A DNA stretch of 64,000 nt from the human T2T-CHM13v2.0 reference genome, Homo sapiens. Numbering within the stretch: position 1 is the first letter of the stretch; each line of letters opens with the position of its first letter. The stretch is taken from NCBI RefSeq assembly GCF_009914755.1, contig NC_060927.1; one strand, 5' to 3'. The position numbers and the translations under genes are program-made. The notes under the pieces are model-generated. The model ran no database searches, was not told where the DNA came from, and worked only from the letters and a program-made list of their open reading frames with translations. Shown here piece after piece: positions 28,665 through 46,040 of the stretch.

Positions 28665-29538
28665 ACTAGTGGCTTTGCTTTAAAGAAACAGTGGAATCCT
28701 AAATTTATGACTAAAAATTCCCCCAAAAGATGAAAGATCTACAATGTTTTTGTCAGTATTATATTTGACTCAGGAACTAATTATTAAGGGAGCTTTGACA
28801 CCTGCAGATGGAGGGCTGATCTTGTGTCAAGTTAACAGGAAGACTGCCCACAGATGACACTGCATTTGTATCCCTGTGGATGTAGAGTATTGGGAAGGCA
28901 TTTGTTTAGTTTCATGCCTCCAAACCATGCATTGTCTGTGATGTATCTGCCCAGCCTTCTCAGAACTCAATGTTGTACATTTTTCCCTCTAGGACCTGAA
29001 TTGGTCTTGGAGGCAGCTTTTAGAAATCCTCTGTGTAGTTCCTGTCCACATGCACTATATATTTGTTTCTTTTTTCTCCTCTCATGAATCTGCTCGTTTC
29101 TCTACTTCTGTCTACGTAGAAGCACTCAGCAACTAGTTTCTGCTCATTAAATGTGTTCTATATACTAGGCTCAGTGCTTTACATGTGTTGTCTCACAATG
29201 ACTCTCTGAGGTAAATACACTATCCCCATTTTACCTGTGAGAAAATTGAGGCTTAGAGAGCTTAGTGTCTTACCTGAGTTTCACTTTTCCAAAGTAGTCA
29301 TCCACAAAGTATGAGGCAGACAGATCTAAGAGAAGAAAGACAGCTGAGGTAGATTCAAATCTTTTCTGACATGGATGGTGGCTTTTTACTCAGAAATATA
29401 TACCTATTTCCATGGGTATTTGTGGGCCTGAGGCATGCTTGGCAAGAAGAGTCTGGTTTCTCGTCTGCTATGCAAGCCAAAGGGACTTTAATGTTCTTTG
29501 AATTGAACCCTCCTTAGCTCTGTGGAAAGAGACAGTCA

Positions 29539-30012
<474 letters not shown>

Positions 30013-30770
30013 GGTCTGCCCACAAAATCACTAGCTTATTATTTGCTTCCTGTGTGCCTGCTTGTCTACCTAGCATAGTAGGCCAAAGGTCCAAAGGCAT
30101 TTAGCATTCCTAGGGGAAATTGTGGCTGTTTTTCTGAGCCAGATCTCTTGATTTGGGTTTACACGGAGTCCTTTCATGGACTATCCTGAGTATTGTCAGT
30201 AAAACGTCTTGGGGCATAAGAACTTGTCTGAATCTGTCATACATACCACTGCTGTCTTTTCCGAGTGGTATTACAAGAAAGATTTTTGTGGTGTGTTTGT
30301 TCTAAGAGAAATGCCAAGGCTTTCAGATAAAGATAAGATGATAATGATTGACATTGTTCTGCTCTTTTATTTGGGTAAAAAAGGAAAGTTGAGGGGTCAG
30401 AACACAGTAGCCTGATTAGTACCATTCTGTTTTGTCACACTGTTCCCCATTAGCTTGTACCAGTTCTCCTCTTCTCGGGGATGTAGAGCCAAAATGTCAC
30501 TGTGACCAAACAATCTGTTCAATTTTTTCTCCTCAATGGAGAGGTGATGGTGTGGCCTGGGTGTTTCTCCAGGAGTGTGAGTGGGCAGCTCTGTGGGATA
30601 AGTCCTAGGTACCTACTGCCCATCTCTAGAGGCGGGCCCCCAACTCCCTTCCCCTGTTGCTCTGTTCTGCCGACCTGCATTGCCAGCAGCCTTGGAGTTA
30701 CTTATGCTCTTCTTGCTCGTTCCTCTCCACCTAGATGGTAGAATCTCTTATTTTTAGATCAATGAAGTTT

Positions 30771-31407
30771 TTTTTTTTTTTTTTTTTTCCACTGGGGCAT
30801 TCCTGAGTTTATTTGGGGCACACCCGGGTGAGGGCCCTGCCCCTAGAAGAAGGTGTTGGGCCTCTTGGTGAAGTGTGGCTTGTGCGGATAGTGCAGTACC
30901 TAGTGGGGCAGCAGGAAGTTGATCTTGGAGTCATGGAACTGCTTGACGGCTGGCCGGCGGCACTTGCTGGCTGTGGTCTCCTCCACCTTCATGATCTGGA
31001 CGGAGTGGGCCCGGGCGTGGTGCCAGGCGCCCATGTCTTGGTAGCACTGGGTGACAGCACCCGCGGTGGTCAGGTCCCCATATTCCCGGCACATGTTGTG
31101 GGTGCTGCTCTGGGCGTCACAGTGCAGCCAGATGCCGAAGTTCTTCACCCGCAGGGGGCACTTCTCAAACACCTGCCCACAGTAGCAATCTCTCCTGAAG
31201 ACTTCTTCATCTTCTTTAACTGAGATACCAAGTACCAAAAGCAGGACTTGGCGACGACATGATTAGGTGCAAAGATTCGCATGTGGTAGAGGGGTAGTGT
31301 ATGGCATTTGGGGGTGGGCAGGCAGCGACCCACCACCTTGTACTCTCATAGTGTGCCTGAGGCCTTCATGGCGTCCTGTCTGCCCTCACCGCCACCTGCA
31401 AAAGGAC
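30771..31407 (-). pseudogene. RPL18AP7: RPL18A processed pseudogene, full length
   Basis: ATG at 31369 gives MKASGTL* (premature TGA), then [16 protein letters not shown]...; frameshift near 31185; second stop at 30900; native stop 30843-30845; AATAAA 30808-30813; poly(A). Perfect 15-bp TSD AGATCAATGAAGTTT at 30756-30770 and 31408-31422. Symbol is from memory of the locus. Confidence 0.95.
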
Positions 31408-33362
31408 AGATCAATGAAGTTTCTTAGGTTTTTATTTCTTTTGAAAGATGCTGCCTGGTCATTGTGGAAAATGGAGATAAGAGCTTGTAATACAAAGTTG
31501 CAGTCTGCCAGTCCTCATTTTTATTTATATTTATTTATTTATTTATATGATTTGCACATCAGACAACCTTTGAAAAAGTTTGTTAGTGTGTAACAGTGGT
31601 GTTTGAAATGTATCAACACTTTCTTCAAGAGTTCCCCCAAACAAACTTGAAATGTAAATAATTGGTTAGAGGTTAGAATTTTCCTCCTGTCATACCGCTT
31701 CAGCCCTCAATGTGGCTGTTGATCATCCTGGACTCAGATGCAGCATAGGCTGAGCGTGAGATTCTGCCCTTCTGTTCTCTTTACCCTCAGACAGTCCCTG
31801 GTCTGAGGGAAAGGCAGCCGTGGAGGAAGTGCCAGTCTGGACAGGCTCTTCTGCTGGAAACCCACATCCCAAGTTTCTCTCTACCTTCAGTGATATCTTT
31901 ATTGTGAAATTCCAAACTGTGGTCCCTGAATTGAGGCTGTTGCACCAATATTGTTGTGTGTTGCCATACAACAAATTGCAAAGGTTAGGAGACTGGATGT
32001 CAGCCCTTAATTAAAGACCTGCAAATATTTCTGCCCCTTGCACCTTGACCTTCAAGCAATGGAAAACTTGTCTTTCCTTCAGACCTTTGATTAGAACTCT
32101 AGGCTGAGTTCTATACTTGGAATGACTCTGAATGTTACCATGTCACCTACCTGTGTCCCCTGGCCTCATCCTTGTGAGTACATAAGTGTCATTGATATCA
32201 CCTCTGTGAATCGCAAACTTCCCATTAGCAGCCCATCCCTGAACCTAACCCTGCACCCAGGGTGCTGTTTGTTCCCTGCCCACCCCTTCATACCTTCACT
32301 CTGTGTGTCCTTCCCCGTCCTGGCACACTTCCAAGTGCCTTCTGTATCCTCACTATAGTTCATTCTGATGGATTTGGTCAGGGCTGGGCTCACATCAGGT
32401 GTGAAACTCCTGCTCCTGCCTGTCTCCATGCCTAGCCTCCATCTGGGATGCTTTCCTGGATGTCATCCTTCTTGGAGATTGTCTATCGGGGATCCAGTGT
32501 TCCTTTTTCCAGTCTAGCCCCACCTTCAGGGAGCAAACCTCAGGTCATTAGGGCCAAGCAAGATGGACTGCATTGACACAGGCCCCATGCAATTCAGGAC
32601 AGTGGGGGTGCCGATGGGCTTTCCTACTCCTGAACATGCCAACTGTGGTCAAGGGGTGGACTGCCCCTGAGTGTGCCAAGTACCTCTAGGGGTCACTGTG
32701 GCCTAGTGTCACTGCAAGACTTAGTTTCAGCTGTGGCACCACCCCAGTATGGAACTTGCAGCTCTGTAAGCCACAAAGAACTCAGTCAGCCTCAGACATC
32801 AGGCACCAGGCACTCAGGCTGGATGGAATAGCAGAGGTTATCTTGTCCAGTGGGTCTCATGTTTGGCTCACATCAGAATAGCCTAACAGCTTAATAATGT
32901 TCCCCTAAACTTTGTTTTGAGAAATTTCAAGCCTACAGAAAAGTTGAAAGAAGAGTGCAATGATTGCCCCTCCCCCCAAATTTTGTCTCGTTTGCTTTCT
33001 CTTTTTTCCAAATTATTAAAAGCAATTTGCTGTTTTTTTTAAAAAAAGTAAATTATAGGCATGACACTTCACCTTTCTAATACTTCAGCTTATATTACCT
33101 AAGAATAAGAACATTCTTATTTTTTAATATAATTTTAAATTTTATTATAATTTTAAAATATCACATCTAAGAAAATTACCAGAATTTGATATCATCTAAT
33201 AAACAATTCCTATTAAAATTGGCCCAGGTGTTCCAAAATGTTGTTTATGCAATTTTTTCCCTAAATATAGGTTTCACTCAAAGTTCATGTTGTTATAACT
33301 AGTCTCAATCTAGAATAATCTGCCTCAAAAAATAGATTCTCTAACTCTTCTTGAGGTTTTGA

Positions 33363-33688
<326 letters not shown>

Positions 33689-34665
33689 GGAATTTATATT
33701 TTCTAAACAAGTAACACTGATGATTCTGCTGATAAACCAGGGTTTCAAGCCAGACTGGCCCTCTACTATACCTCCACCCTCTCCCAATACATATAGCCAC
33801 TAGACAGGAGTCCTTTGTCAGATAAGTGGTCTTTGAGCTTCCGAATATCTCTAAGGGAGTATGTTCTCCTATCCCTTTGGGCCCCCAGCTATGCAATTTT
33901 CTTTATAGTAGATCTTCATAAGATGAAGTTGAAACCTTCCCTTGTAATTCCTACCCATCAATGACAGGCCCAAACTGCCATTCCAGGCCACACAGAACTG
34001 GCTGGCACCTCCTTTCACCTGATAGTCCTTTTGAGATATGCAGCTTATAAAGACATGTGGCATCTCATGTCACGCTCAGGTGCTCATGAATTTCAGGCCC
34101 TTCACCATCATGATTTTTTATGCCTTCATGATGTGGCAGCCACATCTGAGCAAAGCATTCAGGACGCAGTGATAGCAGTGCTGAACTGAGTCCAGGGGAT
34201 TGACCGCTCTTCTCAGGGACGCTCCACTTTTCACACTATATACCATTGCTTCCTGTGGAACTCGGTCCAACTAACTGCCTCAGGTCTTTTTCACATGATC
34301 GATCTGCTGTCAAATCACTTTCCCGTTATGCACTTACAGAGCCAATTTTTGGAGCACAAATGTGAGATTTTATGTGTGCCCAACTGTTAGGATTTCATCG
34401 TGTTACAGTTTCTACCCATCTTCAAGTGAGTTCACATTCTTGATGATCCCGATTTGGCCATCTGACATGGTTAGCTATGCATCCGAGCTTTGAGATAGCA
34501 GATTGAATAAACAAGCCTTCAATGCGTTTGTTAAAAGCATTGAACAAGACAGAGCCATGGAAGATCCCTCTGGTAGAAAACTCACTTTACATGGCAACCC
34601 ACTTCACATACCCAGCAAGTTTCGTGTGATAATGTGCTCTGATGTTTTCTATTAAGTTCATTCCT

Positions 34666-34978
34666 GTTTGTTTGTTTGTTTGTTTACTTATAGAGACAGG
34701 GTCTCACTTTCTCACCCAGGCTGGAGTGCAGTGGTGCAATTGCAGTTCACTCTAACCTTGTACTCCTGGGCTCAAGCAATCCTCCTGCCTCAGCCTTCTG
34801 AGTAGCTAGGACTACAGGCATGTACCAGCATGCCTGGCTAATTAAAAACTTTTTTTTTCTGGAGATGAGTTCTCGCCGTGTTGCCCAGGCTGGTCTTGAA
34901 CTCCTGGCCTCAAGCAATACTCTCACTTTGGCCTCCCTAAGTGCTGGGATTATGGGCTTGAGCCAAGTCACTGAGCCC
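34666..34978 (-). mobile_element. Alu (J-like)
   Basis: Dimeric Alu with a (TTTG)n tail. Confidence 0.9.
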
Positions 34979-35709
34979 ATTTCTGTTTCTTTAGAAGGAA
35001 AAACACTGAATTGATTGCATTATGGAGAAATAAGTCTCCATCACAATTTGCCTGTGAGTCACTCTGGGATAGGGAGAGTGCCTGCCGCATCTCTGGGTCT
35101 ACATGGCATGACTGGGCCAATGTTTGGATGCCAGCAGTGGGCAGGGAGGCTGCTGGGGAAACTTGGGGTCCCACATAATCATCTTTCCACTTGTCAGTGC
35201 GGGACAGTTGAGGACAACTGACTTCATCCTTCTGAATCAGGTTCCTCACCTGCAAGCAGGTTGAGAAGGACCTGCAGGATTGGTTGAGGATTGAATAAGA
35301 TAACATGTGCAGTTTGGTAAGCTCTTAATAAATGGTAGCCAGTTACTGTGAATTCTTGAGAATGATTATTGGTGTCTGATGAAAGTCATCCTGATCTGAG
35401 AGAGTGAAGGACAGAGCCGGGCCTCAGTATGGTGTTAACCTGAGGTGGTGGAAGTGGTTCAATCTCTTCTCAAATCCTAAGACTGTGATGTGTTGCAACC
35501 AGCCCTTTGAGCATATCCGTGCTTTACAGTTTGCAGAGCGCTTTCCAGTTAGAGCTTATGCAGTCCACCATTTGAATCGGCGCGATTCATCCCATTTCAC
35601 AAACGAAGCAACAAACTCTAGGAACTTACCAAGATTTTCCAGTTTCCAATCTAATGTTTACCCTCAACTCCCCCCTCAAGGTTGTTGCAGTTATTTTCAT
35701 TTGCTTTCT

Positions 35710-36033
35710 TTTTTTTAATATATATATATATTTTTTATTATACTTTAAGTTCTAGGGTACATGTGCACAACGTGCAGGTTTGTTACATATGTATACATGT
35801 GCCATGTTGGTGTGCTGCACCCATTAACTTGTCATTTACATTAGGTGTATCTCCTAATGCTATCCCTCCCCCCTCCCCCCACCCCACAACAGGCCCTGGG
35901 GTGTGATGTTCCCCTTCCTGTGTCCAAGTGTTCTCATTGTTCGATTCCCACCTATGAGTGAGAACATGCGGTGTTTGGTTTTTTTGTCCTTGCGATAGTT
36001 TGCTGAGAATGATGGTTTCCAGCTTCATCCATG
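35710..36033 (-). mobile_element. L1PA 3' end, 5'-truncated
   Basis: TTATTATACTTTAAGTTCTAGGGTACATGTGCACAACGTGCAGG... is the primate L1 3' UTR. TSD TTGCTTTCT at 35701 and 36034. Confidence 0.93.
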
Positions 36034-37299
36034 TTGCTTTCTAATTCGGTCATTCATGCATTTACCCATTTCAGCCCTACAGTGCCCTGCTAACTCTTTA
36101 GAGGCAGGAGGATAATGGAGTTGATTCTTTTCTGAGGCCCCTGCAGGGTTTTGCAAATAGTGAGTGACACTCAAGAGATGTTTTGGAGTTATGCAGCAAG
36201 TCAGAAACGTGGAGCTTATCCTGCTTGAGTCCTAATGTGCTCATTTCACTTGGGCAGGGGGCGCAGGGACACAGAAGGGTGGAGACCTGGGTCCTGCTAT
36301 GTGGCTGTGATCAAGCCTGGGTCTTGAATAACACCCGGGTACTGAGCATTGCTGAACTCATGCCTGAACTCCCAGGGCACTTTCCCCGGGCACCCTATGT
36401 TAGGCTCTGCAGTCTCGTCTGTGGTCTGAGGCAGTCACCCTGGTGGGAAGATGGAAGCGTGGAGGTGGCAGTCAGAGTGCGCTGAGCAAGGGCTTTTGTG
36501 TGTTTGACCCTCGGAGAAGCAGAGCTAAAATTAGGTCTTCCAGCTGTGTGCAGGTGTGAAGCCCCACCCCCTTACCTACCCCCAACCAGGATCTCAGAAT
36601 TATTCCCATCCTCTCCCTCCTCCAGCCCCAGTTACTCCACAGGCACAGGATGAAATGTCCTACCTCTGGTGATGCCCGGATAGAAAGATCTACCCAAATG
36701 TCCTTCAAGGCTGCAGGGGTGGGGGCAGTGACAGGCAGTGACCTTAAGTTTGCTGAGCCTCCCTAGCACCTTTGAGGTCTTGGTGCAACCGGGGCCCAAC
36801 TGGCTCCTTCTTAGACCACCAGACAGGATGATGTTTTGGTTCCCTCCCTGCACACATGAAGGGACCCTGGCTTCTCCCACTAGCCTCTTGATTGATGTGC
36901 TCTGTGCCCCTACTCTGCCCACCACTTCAGAGAGAGCCTTTGACCCCTCGCCACCCATCACCATTCAGACACAGATGGAAGAGAGCTAGTCTGGGGGCAG
37001 AGATGGAAGAGCCCTGCCCTGGGGGGTCTTATCCAAGGCAGGTGGAGCCCAGGATGATATGATTTGATTGTGCTCTCTCTCCCTGCATGAGGCTAGAATA
37101 GGAACAGACTGGCCCTCCTCAGGGATAAATGTGCCCCTCACTCCTCCTTCACTATGGCCCTTGGAACCCTGCTCTCAGGGGTTCCCCAGCTGAGGCTCAT
37201 ACTCTTTCATGTTCTGGTCTGGGGTGAGAACCTGCCTTCTACTTCTGGCTCCTCGGTGTACCTGCGATAGGATCTTAGTTAAGTAGCCGCTCCTCACTC

Positions 37300-37950
37300 T
37301 TCAGTTCCTTTATCTGTAAAGTGAGGGGTTGGGGCTAGACAGTGTCCAGCATCCCTCCTCTTTGGTGTCTCTTAATTGTCCAGGGCAGAGCAATCCTTGG
37401 AGCAAGGCAGCCTGCTGCGGTGGTTTGCAGAAGAGGCACAGTGGGGCGGGCTGGAGGCCGCAGGGGCAGAGTGGGCCGAGGGCCTCTGATGAGGTGTGAA
37501 TGAGGGAGGCAGAGCAGGGCTGGTGTGGACAGCCCTGTCCCAGCCCTATCTCCCGTCTGCGACACCCTCTCCACACCCCAGTGCTGATAAGCGGGTGTGA
37601 GCCACGGCCGCCTTGTGACAGGCCCTTCGGCAGGGAGGGTGATGGTGGGGGTCCACTCCACTTCTGAATTCAGACGTCAGCATCTTTTTCCCCCAACCCC
37701 CATTGCCCTGTCAGACTAGACAGGCCCTAGCAACCAGGCACCCTCCCTGACAGTCCCTGGCTTGGAGATTTGTTTCTGCTCCATGTGGCCTCAGCCTTCT
37801 CAGAGATGGTAGGAGACAGACCTCCCTCAGTCCTTTCTGGCAAAGTGCCAAGGAGGATGACCACCTCCCACCCCCATCAGGCCCGTTCCTGCAGTGACTG
37901 CTGATGCTGGGGCCTGGCACACACAGTGCTTCTTATCACTGGGCAAACTT
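37300..37950. promoter_or_regulatory. Candidate cardiac enhancer (T-box/GATA/MEIS cluster) downstream of SCN5A
   Basis: AGGTGTGA 37492-37499, GGGTGTGA 37593-37600, reverse GGTGT cores at 37560-37577, TGATAAG 37585-37591, TGACAG 37616-37621, CTTATCA near 37931. Confidence 0.7.
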
Positions 37951-38769
37951 CAATGGCTGATCCTTTTGTCTCCTCTCCTCACCCCATCTCCTCTATCGCT
38001 GTGACCATCAGCTTCCAGTCTTCCCCCTCCAGCTCCCTAGCTTTTGGGCCATTTCTGTGTCTGGGCCCACCTCTTTCCTCTAAGGCCACTGTTCACCAGA
38101 AGGCTGTGCCAGAAACCTCTTATTTCTGGATTCACTGGGATGGGGTGGAGGGAACGGAAAAGTCTTGGAGAAAGAGAGACAGAAACTTGGAGCTCTAGGG
38201 AAGGGGAAGGAGAAGACAAATAGGACCAAGCCAGAGGCTATAGGAAACCCTTCAGGGTGGAGGGTCTTGGCCCAGGTGTCTAGCCCCTAGGCTCTATGGC
38301 ACTGAACTCTGAACTTCCTTCCATGCTCTAAAAGGCTCTCTTCTGTGTTCAGATCTGAAGACTATTTTGATTAGCAGGCTGCATCCATACTGCTCCGGGC
38401 AGTCCCACTGTATGTGTCTGTGGGGAAGGGTGTGCCTGTCCTCCTGTGTGCATTCCTGTCTATGGGTTCCATTCTCAGCCTCTGCATAGCTTAGGAGGCA
38501 TCAGAGCATCCTGAGAGCACAGACTTGAGCCAGGCTTATTAGCCTGGGGTCATATCTTTGCCATCTTAACCAGGTGGGGGAGCTACAGCAAGTAGCGTAA
38601 CTGCCCTGTGCCTTGGTTTCCCCATCTGTAAAATGAAGATGACAACATGGATGATAGATAATACCATATACCTTGTAGAACTGTTATAAGTACCAAATGA
38701 GCTAAAATAAGTAACGTGTTTTAAACCGTATCGGGTACAATGTAATTATTGGCCATTAGTAATATTTTT

Positions 38770-40210
<1,441 letters not shown>

Positions 40211-43200
40211 AGTTGGTCCTTTTTATTATCCATTCATTTGGATACAATGGTGAGGGCGCCACTGAAGAAAGTGTGGCTTAGGGATGGAAAGGGGGAAAGG
40301 AGCCAGATGACCTAGGTAGAGACTCCCCTCTCCCCCTCTAGCTCTCCAGGTCTTCCCCACTTTCTCTTTCCTCCCTTTCCCTCTTCATCATGACCTCATT
40401 TCCCTTTTCTTGATCAAAATTCCTCTGGAGATTCCAGCTGTGGGAACCTCTGAAACCACTTCTGCAGCTACACGTGTGATACCAGAGGCAGACAACTATG
40501 TGACCTTTGTGTGTGAAAAGCCAAAGGCAAAGACAATTTATGAGAAAGTTTTTGCTGAGAACAATCTGGTGACAGGGTGATTGGGGAAGACACATTTGGA
40601 AGATTTCCACCTGGACGTGTTCCTTTTCCCTGCCTGAAAAGCACTCAGAGCAGAGCCTGTGTGGAGGCTGGGATAGGGTGCTGTGGGAGGTCTGTTCTCC
40701 AGATAAGCCTCTTCAAGGCTCTGGGGACCAACGAGGAGGATTTAAGTGCCTGGTGAAGTCCACTCTCTGTGTCCACAAGTCACAGAGACAGTTTAAAATG
40801 AAATAACTGGAGTTCAATGAAAGCCACTTAAATAGCTTTCTTAGTTATGTAAATGTAGGGTGAAGAATGAGTGGCCTTGGTCCCCCACCTGGAGTTAGTT
40901 TATTGTTTTGAGACTAGATCCAAAGCCTCCTCTCCCTGAGATCTCTGGTATGCAAAGCTGGTCCCTGGAGGAAGCGCATCAGTTGACAGAGGGAGCCCAG
41001 AATCTCTGTGAGGGAAGAAAACACTATCCAACTGCTGCTCCTGGGATTTGAAGTGAAGAGAATTTGTTGGGATGAAGTGAGGTGGCCACAATAAAGGCGC
41101 TGGGCCATGGGGCTTCTGAAATGAGATTAATATGAGGAACACCTGAGTCTAGGGTGGTGCCCGGGGCTTACAACAAGAACCCACCTGTGTTTCCTGGGGT
41201 AAGGCTGTCCTTAGCATAGTGTGAGGCTAACTGCTGGGAGCTCTGGAGACTCTGCCATGCTGACATTGTGCCTGTGCTCCTGGCCAGGGACTGCCACCTA
41301 GATATGAGTCACAGTGGGGGGCCCCTGGGCTCCAGTTGACTTTGAGGAGTGATACTGTCCCTGTGAGGACGCTATGAGTGTCCTCAATAGTGATGTGGTA
41401 GTGCTGGTCAGACCCACAATCCCTATTTTCCTTGTTTTTTTGTGTGTTTTTTTTTGTTTTTTTTTTTTAAACACGAAAAAACAAACAAACAAAAACCTCA
41501 GAAAGTGAAAATCCCTAAAGGGAGGGACTGGACGTGTCATGTAAATTCTTGATTGGTTAACAGAAGAAATTAAAAGTGGATTGAGGGCACCTTTGTGCTC
41601 TGTGCCCAAGGGAAAGTTCAAACAGCTGCATTCACAGATACCAGAGACGCCAGTGTCTTCACCATCACCAGCGACGTGTGGGTGCTGCCTCAACAGGTAT
41701 TGGGAGCTTGCTCTTGTTTACAGCTTGGCTCCTCATGGTAGCTGTAGGAGGCAGGATCTGGGTGGATGGGACCTGGGATTCATTCTTAGAATAGGTCCCC
41801 AAATGGTCATCCATTTTGCTTGCCGAGGGCTCTGTGGGGCAGACGTAGGAGGCCTGAGGGGCTGCCTGGGAGGTGATCTGAGGAAGCCTCTTATGGCACT
41901 TTCATGGCTCTCCTAGCCAGAGACCAGAGACACCTCCTCTCCCACTTCTGAGCGCTCCATCTACCAATTTTGCATCCGAAATAGCTCCCAAGCTTCTCAT
42001 TCTCTACTATCCCCATCCTGGTCCAAGCCACCCTCATCTCTCCCTATAGAGATCACCTGACTGGTTATTCTCCCTCATTGCACTTTGTACTCCCCTACCC
42101 CGCCATATAGTTTTGTAACTATAAACAGCCTTGTTTGTGGATTTGGAGGTGAATACCTGTTTTCCTAACTTGATTGTGAGCTACATGAGGACAGGGACCT
42201 TGTCTGGTTTTATCTATAAGATGCTCAATGTGTGGTTGCTAAACAAAGAGTGGACAGACGCCTCGGTTTCCCCAGCTGGTCCCTATGTAGGCTGATCTCA
42301 CTTGATGGGAGTGAGTGAGTGAGGAAGGGGACCCTCTGGTTCTGGAGCCTCTCATCTGGCCCTGCTGCTCAGTATTCATTGATCCTTCAAATGTCAGTGT
42401 GTCCACAGGAGAGAAAGGGTGGCAGGTAGGGCTGGCAGAAGGCAGATGTGTGGCTTTATAGTGATCCTATGCTTGGGGCTGGGTGGGTTTCAGCTGGGGT
42501 GTGGGAGCAGAGAAATTGGCTTTGGGAGGCTCTGTGATGGGGGCCTTGCAGCAGGTGGGTGGTGAGGGCAGCATGGAGGTGGTGGCTGGCCTGGAAGGGA
42601 GGAGGACACTGGGTGGCTGGGGTGCCAAGAGAGTCCTGGTGGGGGCTGGTAGCTGGGAAGGCTGGGCAGGGCTGCCCGCAATCAAGAGGGTGACAATGAG
42701 TATGAAGAGTATGCTTAGTGGAAGTGAAGGCCTGGGAGGCTGGGAGGACCAGAGGTTCGTCTCCCCCAGCCGCGCCCTTGCTCCTTGCTCTCATCTTCCT
42801 CACCCTTCCTGCACCCTGGCCGCTTGGGACCTCCTCTTCTCCCTGATCTGGTCTTTCAGAAATCTCTGGCCTCTAACCTCTATAACCCCTTCCTCTCCCA
42901 GCCTCCCAGCCCTGTCCACTCCCCGAGTCACATCCCCACCAGCCCTCCTGCCCTGCCTGCAGCCTGGGCCCTGCTGAGCTGCCGTGCCCTTCTCTCATCA
43001 CCTCCTCCTCGCTCCCTGTGGCACCTTGGCACCAGCCCCAGATCTGTGTGCACTGATTTCCCAACATTCCTGTCCTCCTTCCCACCCCACTGCCCCAAAG
43101 GGAGGGGCTCAAGGACTTGAGACGCTTCCCTTGGGGGGCCCAGCTTTCCCCCAGAGTCAGGGAGGGATGAAGGCAGGGCTGCTGGAGGGCTGGGCCCGCA

Positions 43201-44024
43201 GACCTGTGGAGCTGCCTAGTGGGAGGTAGAGGGCTGGAGTGGGAGAGCATGCGGAGCCACCGTGGGGGCAGGAGATGCAGCCCTGCAAGGCCACACTGCT
43301 CTCCCCAGCTTCCCACTGTCTATTGGTCTTGCCTGGTGTCACCTGCCCTTCCCAGCTCTGCCTCTGACTTCTGCATCTCCCCTGATCCTTTCAGTTTCTC
43401 ATGGTCCTTCTTATGGGTGATTAAGGAGTTGGGCCCTAGGCCATTTCTGGAAGGCAGGAGTTGGAGGTGAGCTTCCTGTTGCCTTGTGTGTGTAACTCTA
43501 GAGTCCCGTAGGTGGGTGGCTGCTGGACGTGCCCTGGGAGGGGAAAGGGACCTGTAAGGGTGTGTCCATAAACAGAGCGATTCTAGAACTCAGGGATGCT
43601 ACTGTGGACAGGACTTAGAGATTGTTCAGCCCCCACCCTCTTCCACAACCATTTATAGATGAAAACATTGGGCTTTAAGAGGGAAATAGGATTGACATGA
43701 ACGAGTCACGTAGGGGTTAGTAATCATCATCACTGTCATCATACTAGACATTTATTAAGTGCTTACTATATTTGAGGGATCATTGTAAATTCTTTACAAA
43801 TCTTAATTTTCATAGTCCTCACACTACCCTGGGAAGCAGCTGTTGTTATTTTCCCCATTTTACAGACAAGGGAACAGAGACTGGAACAGTGAGGTCAGTT
43901 TCCCCAGATCACACAGAAAGCCTGTGTCAGAGCAGTGGAAGTTTATCACACACAGGGAGGCTTGCTCCTTCCAATGATGATGTAAGCGTATAAGCATTGT
44001 TGAGAGCTCTTTAAAACAGTGGCA

Positions 44025-45450
<1,426 letters not shown>

Positions 45451-45489
45451 TGGGCTGGGAAAGGGAAGAAAATAGGATGGTCATGGTCA

Positions 45490-46040
45490 TCCTTATTGCA
45501 AAAGTGACCTCTAAGACTTGGAAGAGGAAGCAGGGGAGCTAGGGCTGATCCCTGGGGGAAGAGCATTCCAGGTGGGAGGGAACAGCCAGTGCTTCAGTGC
45601 CAGGCCAGGACATGCTTGGCCTGCTCAGGAACCTGTAAGGAGTCGGTGTTGCTGAAGTGGAGCAAGAGGCCGGCCGTAGCGGGGCTCAGACAGGCAAATG
45701 GGCAAGGGATGGATCAGGGCTGGGTAAGGGCTGGGTAAAGGCTTTTCCTCTGGGTGAGATGAGGCTGCTAGAGGGCTTTCAGTGAGCGTGATCCGACTTG
45801 ATTTTAATAGGACCACGCTGGCTGCTGTGTTGAGAGCCCGCTGGGGACAAGGACCAGTGAGGAGGCCACTGCAAGAATCCAGGAGAGAGATGATGGCGGC
45901 TCAGACCAGCGCAGTGGCCTGGTTGAACTTGGGATATATTTCGAAGGTAGAGCCAACAGGATTTCCGGCCGGATTGGATGTAGGGTGTGAGAAACAGAGA
46001 GGAGGCAAGGATGACGTCAAGGGTTTTGGCCTGAGCAGCT
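45490..46040. mobile_element. L2 remnant
   Basis: GAGCATTCCAGGTGGGAGGGAACAGC...GAAGGTAGAGCCAACAGGATTT...TTTTGGCCTGAGCAGCTGG. Confidence 0.7.

Noticed and set aside
30900-31336. RPL18A-like ORFs as a real gene
   Set aside because: Stop at codon 8, a frameshift, a second premature stop, poly(A) and a TSD mark it as a processed pseudogene.
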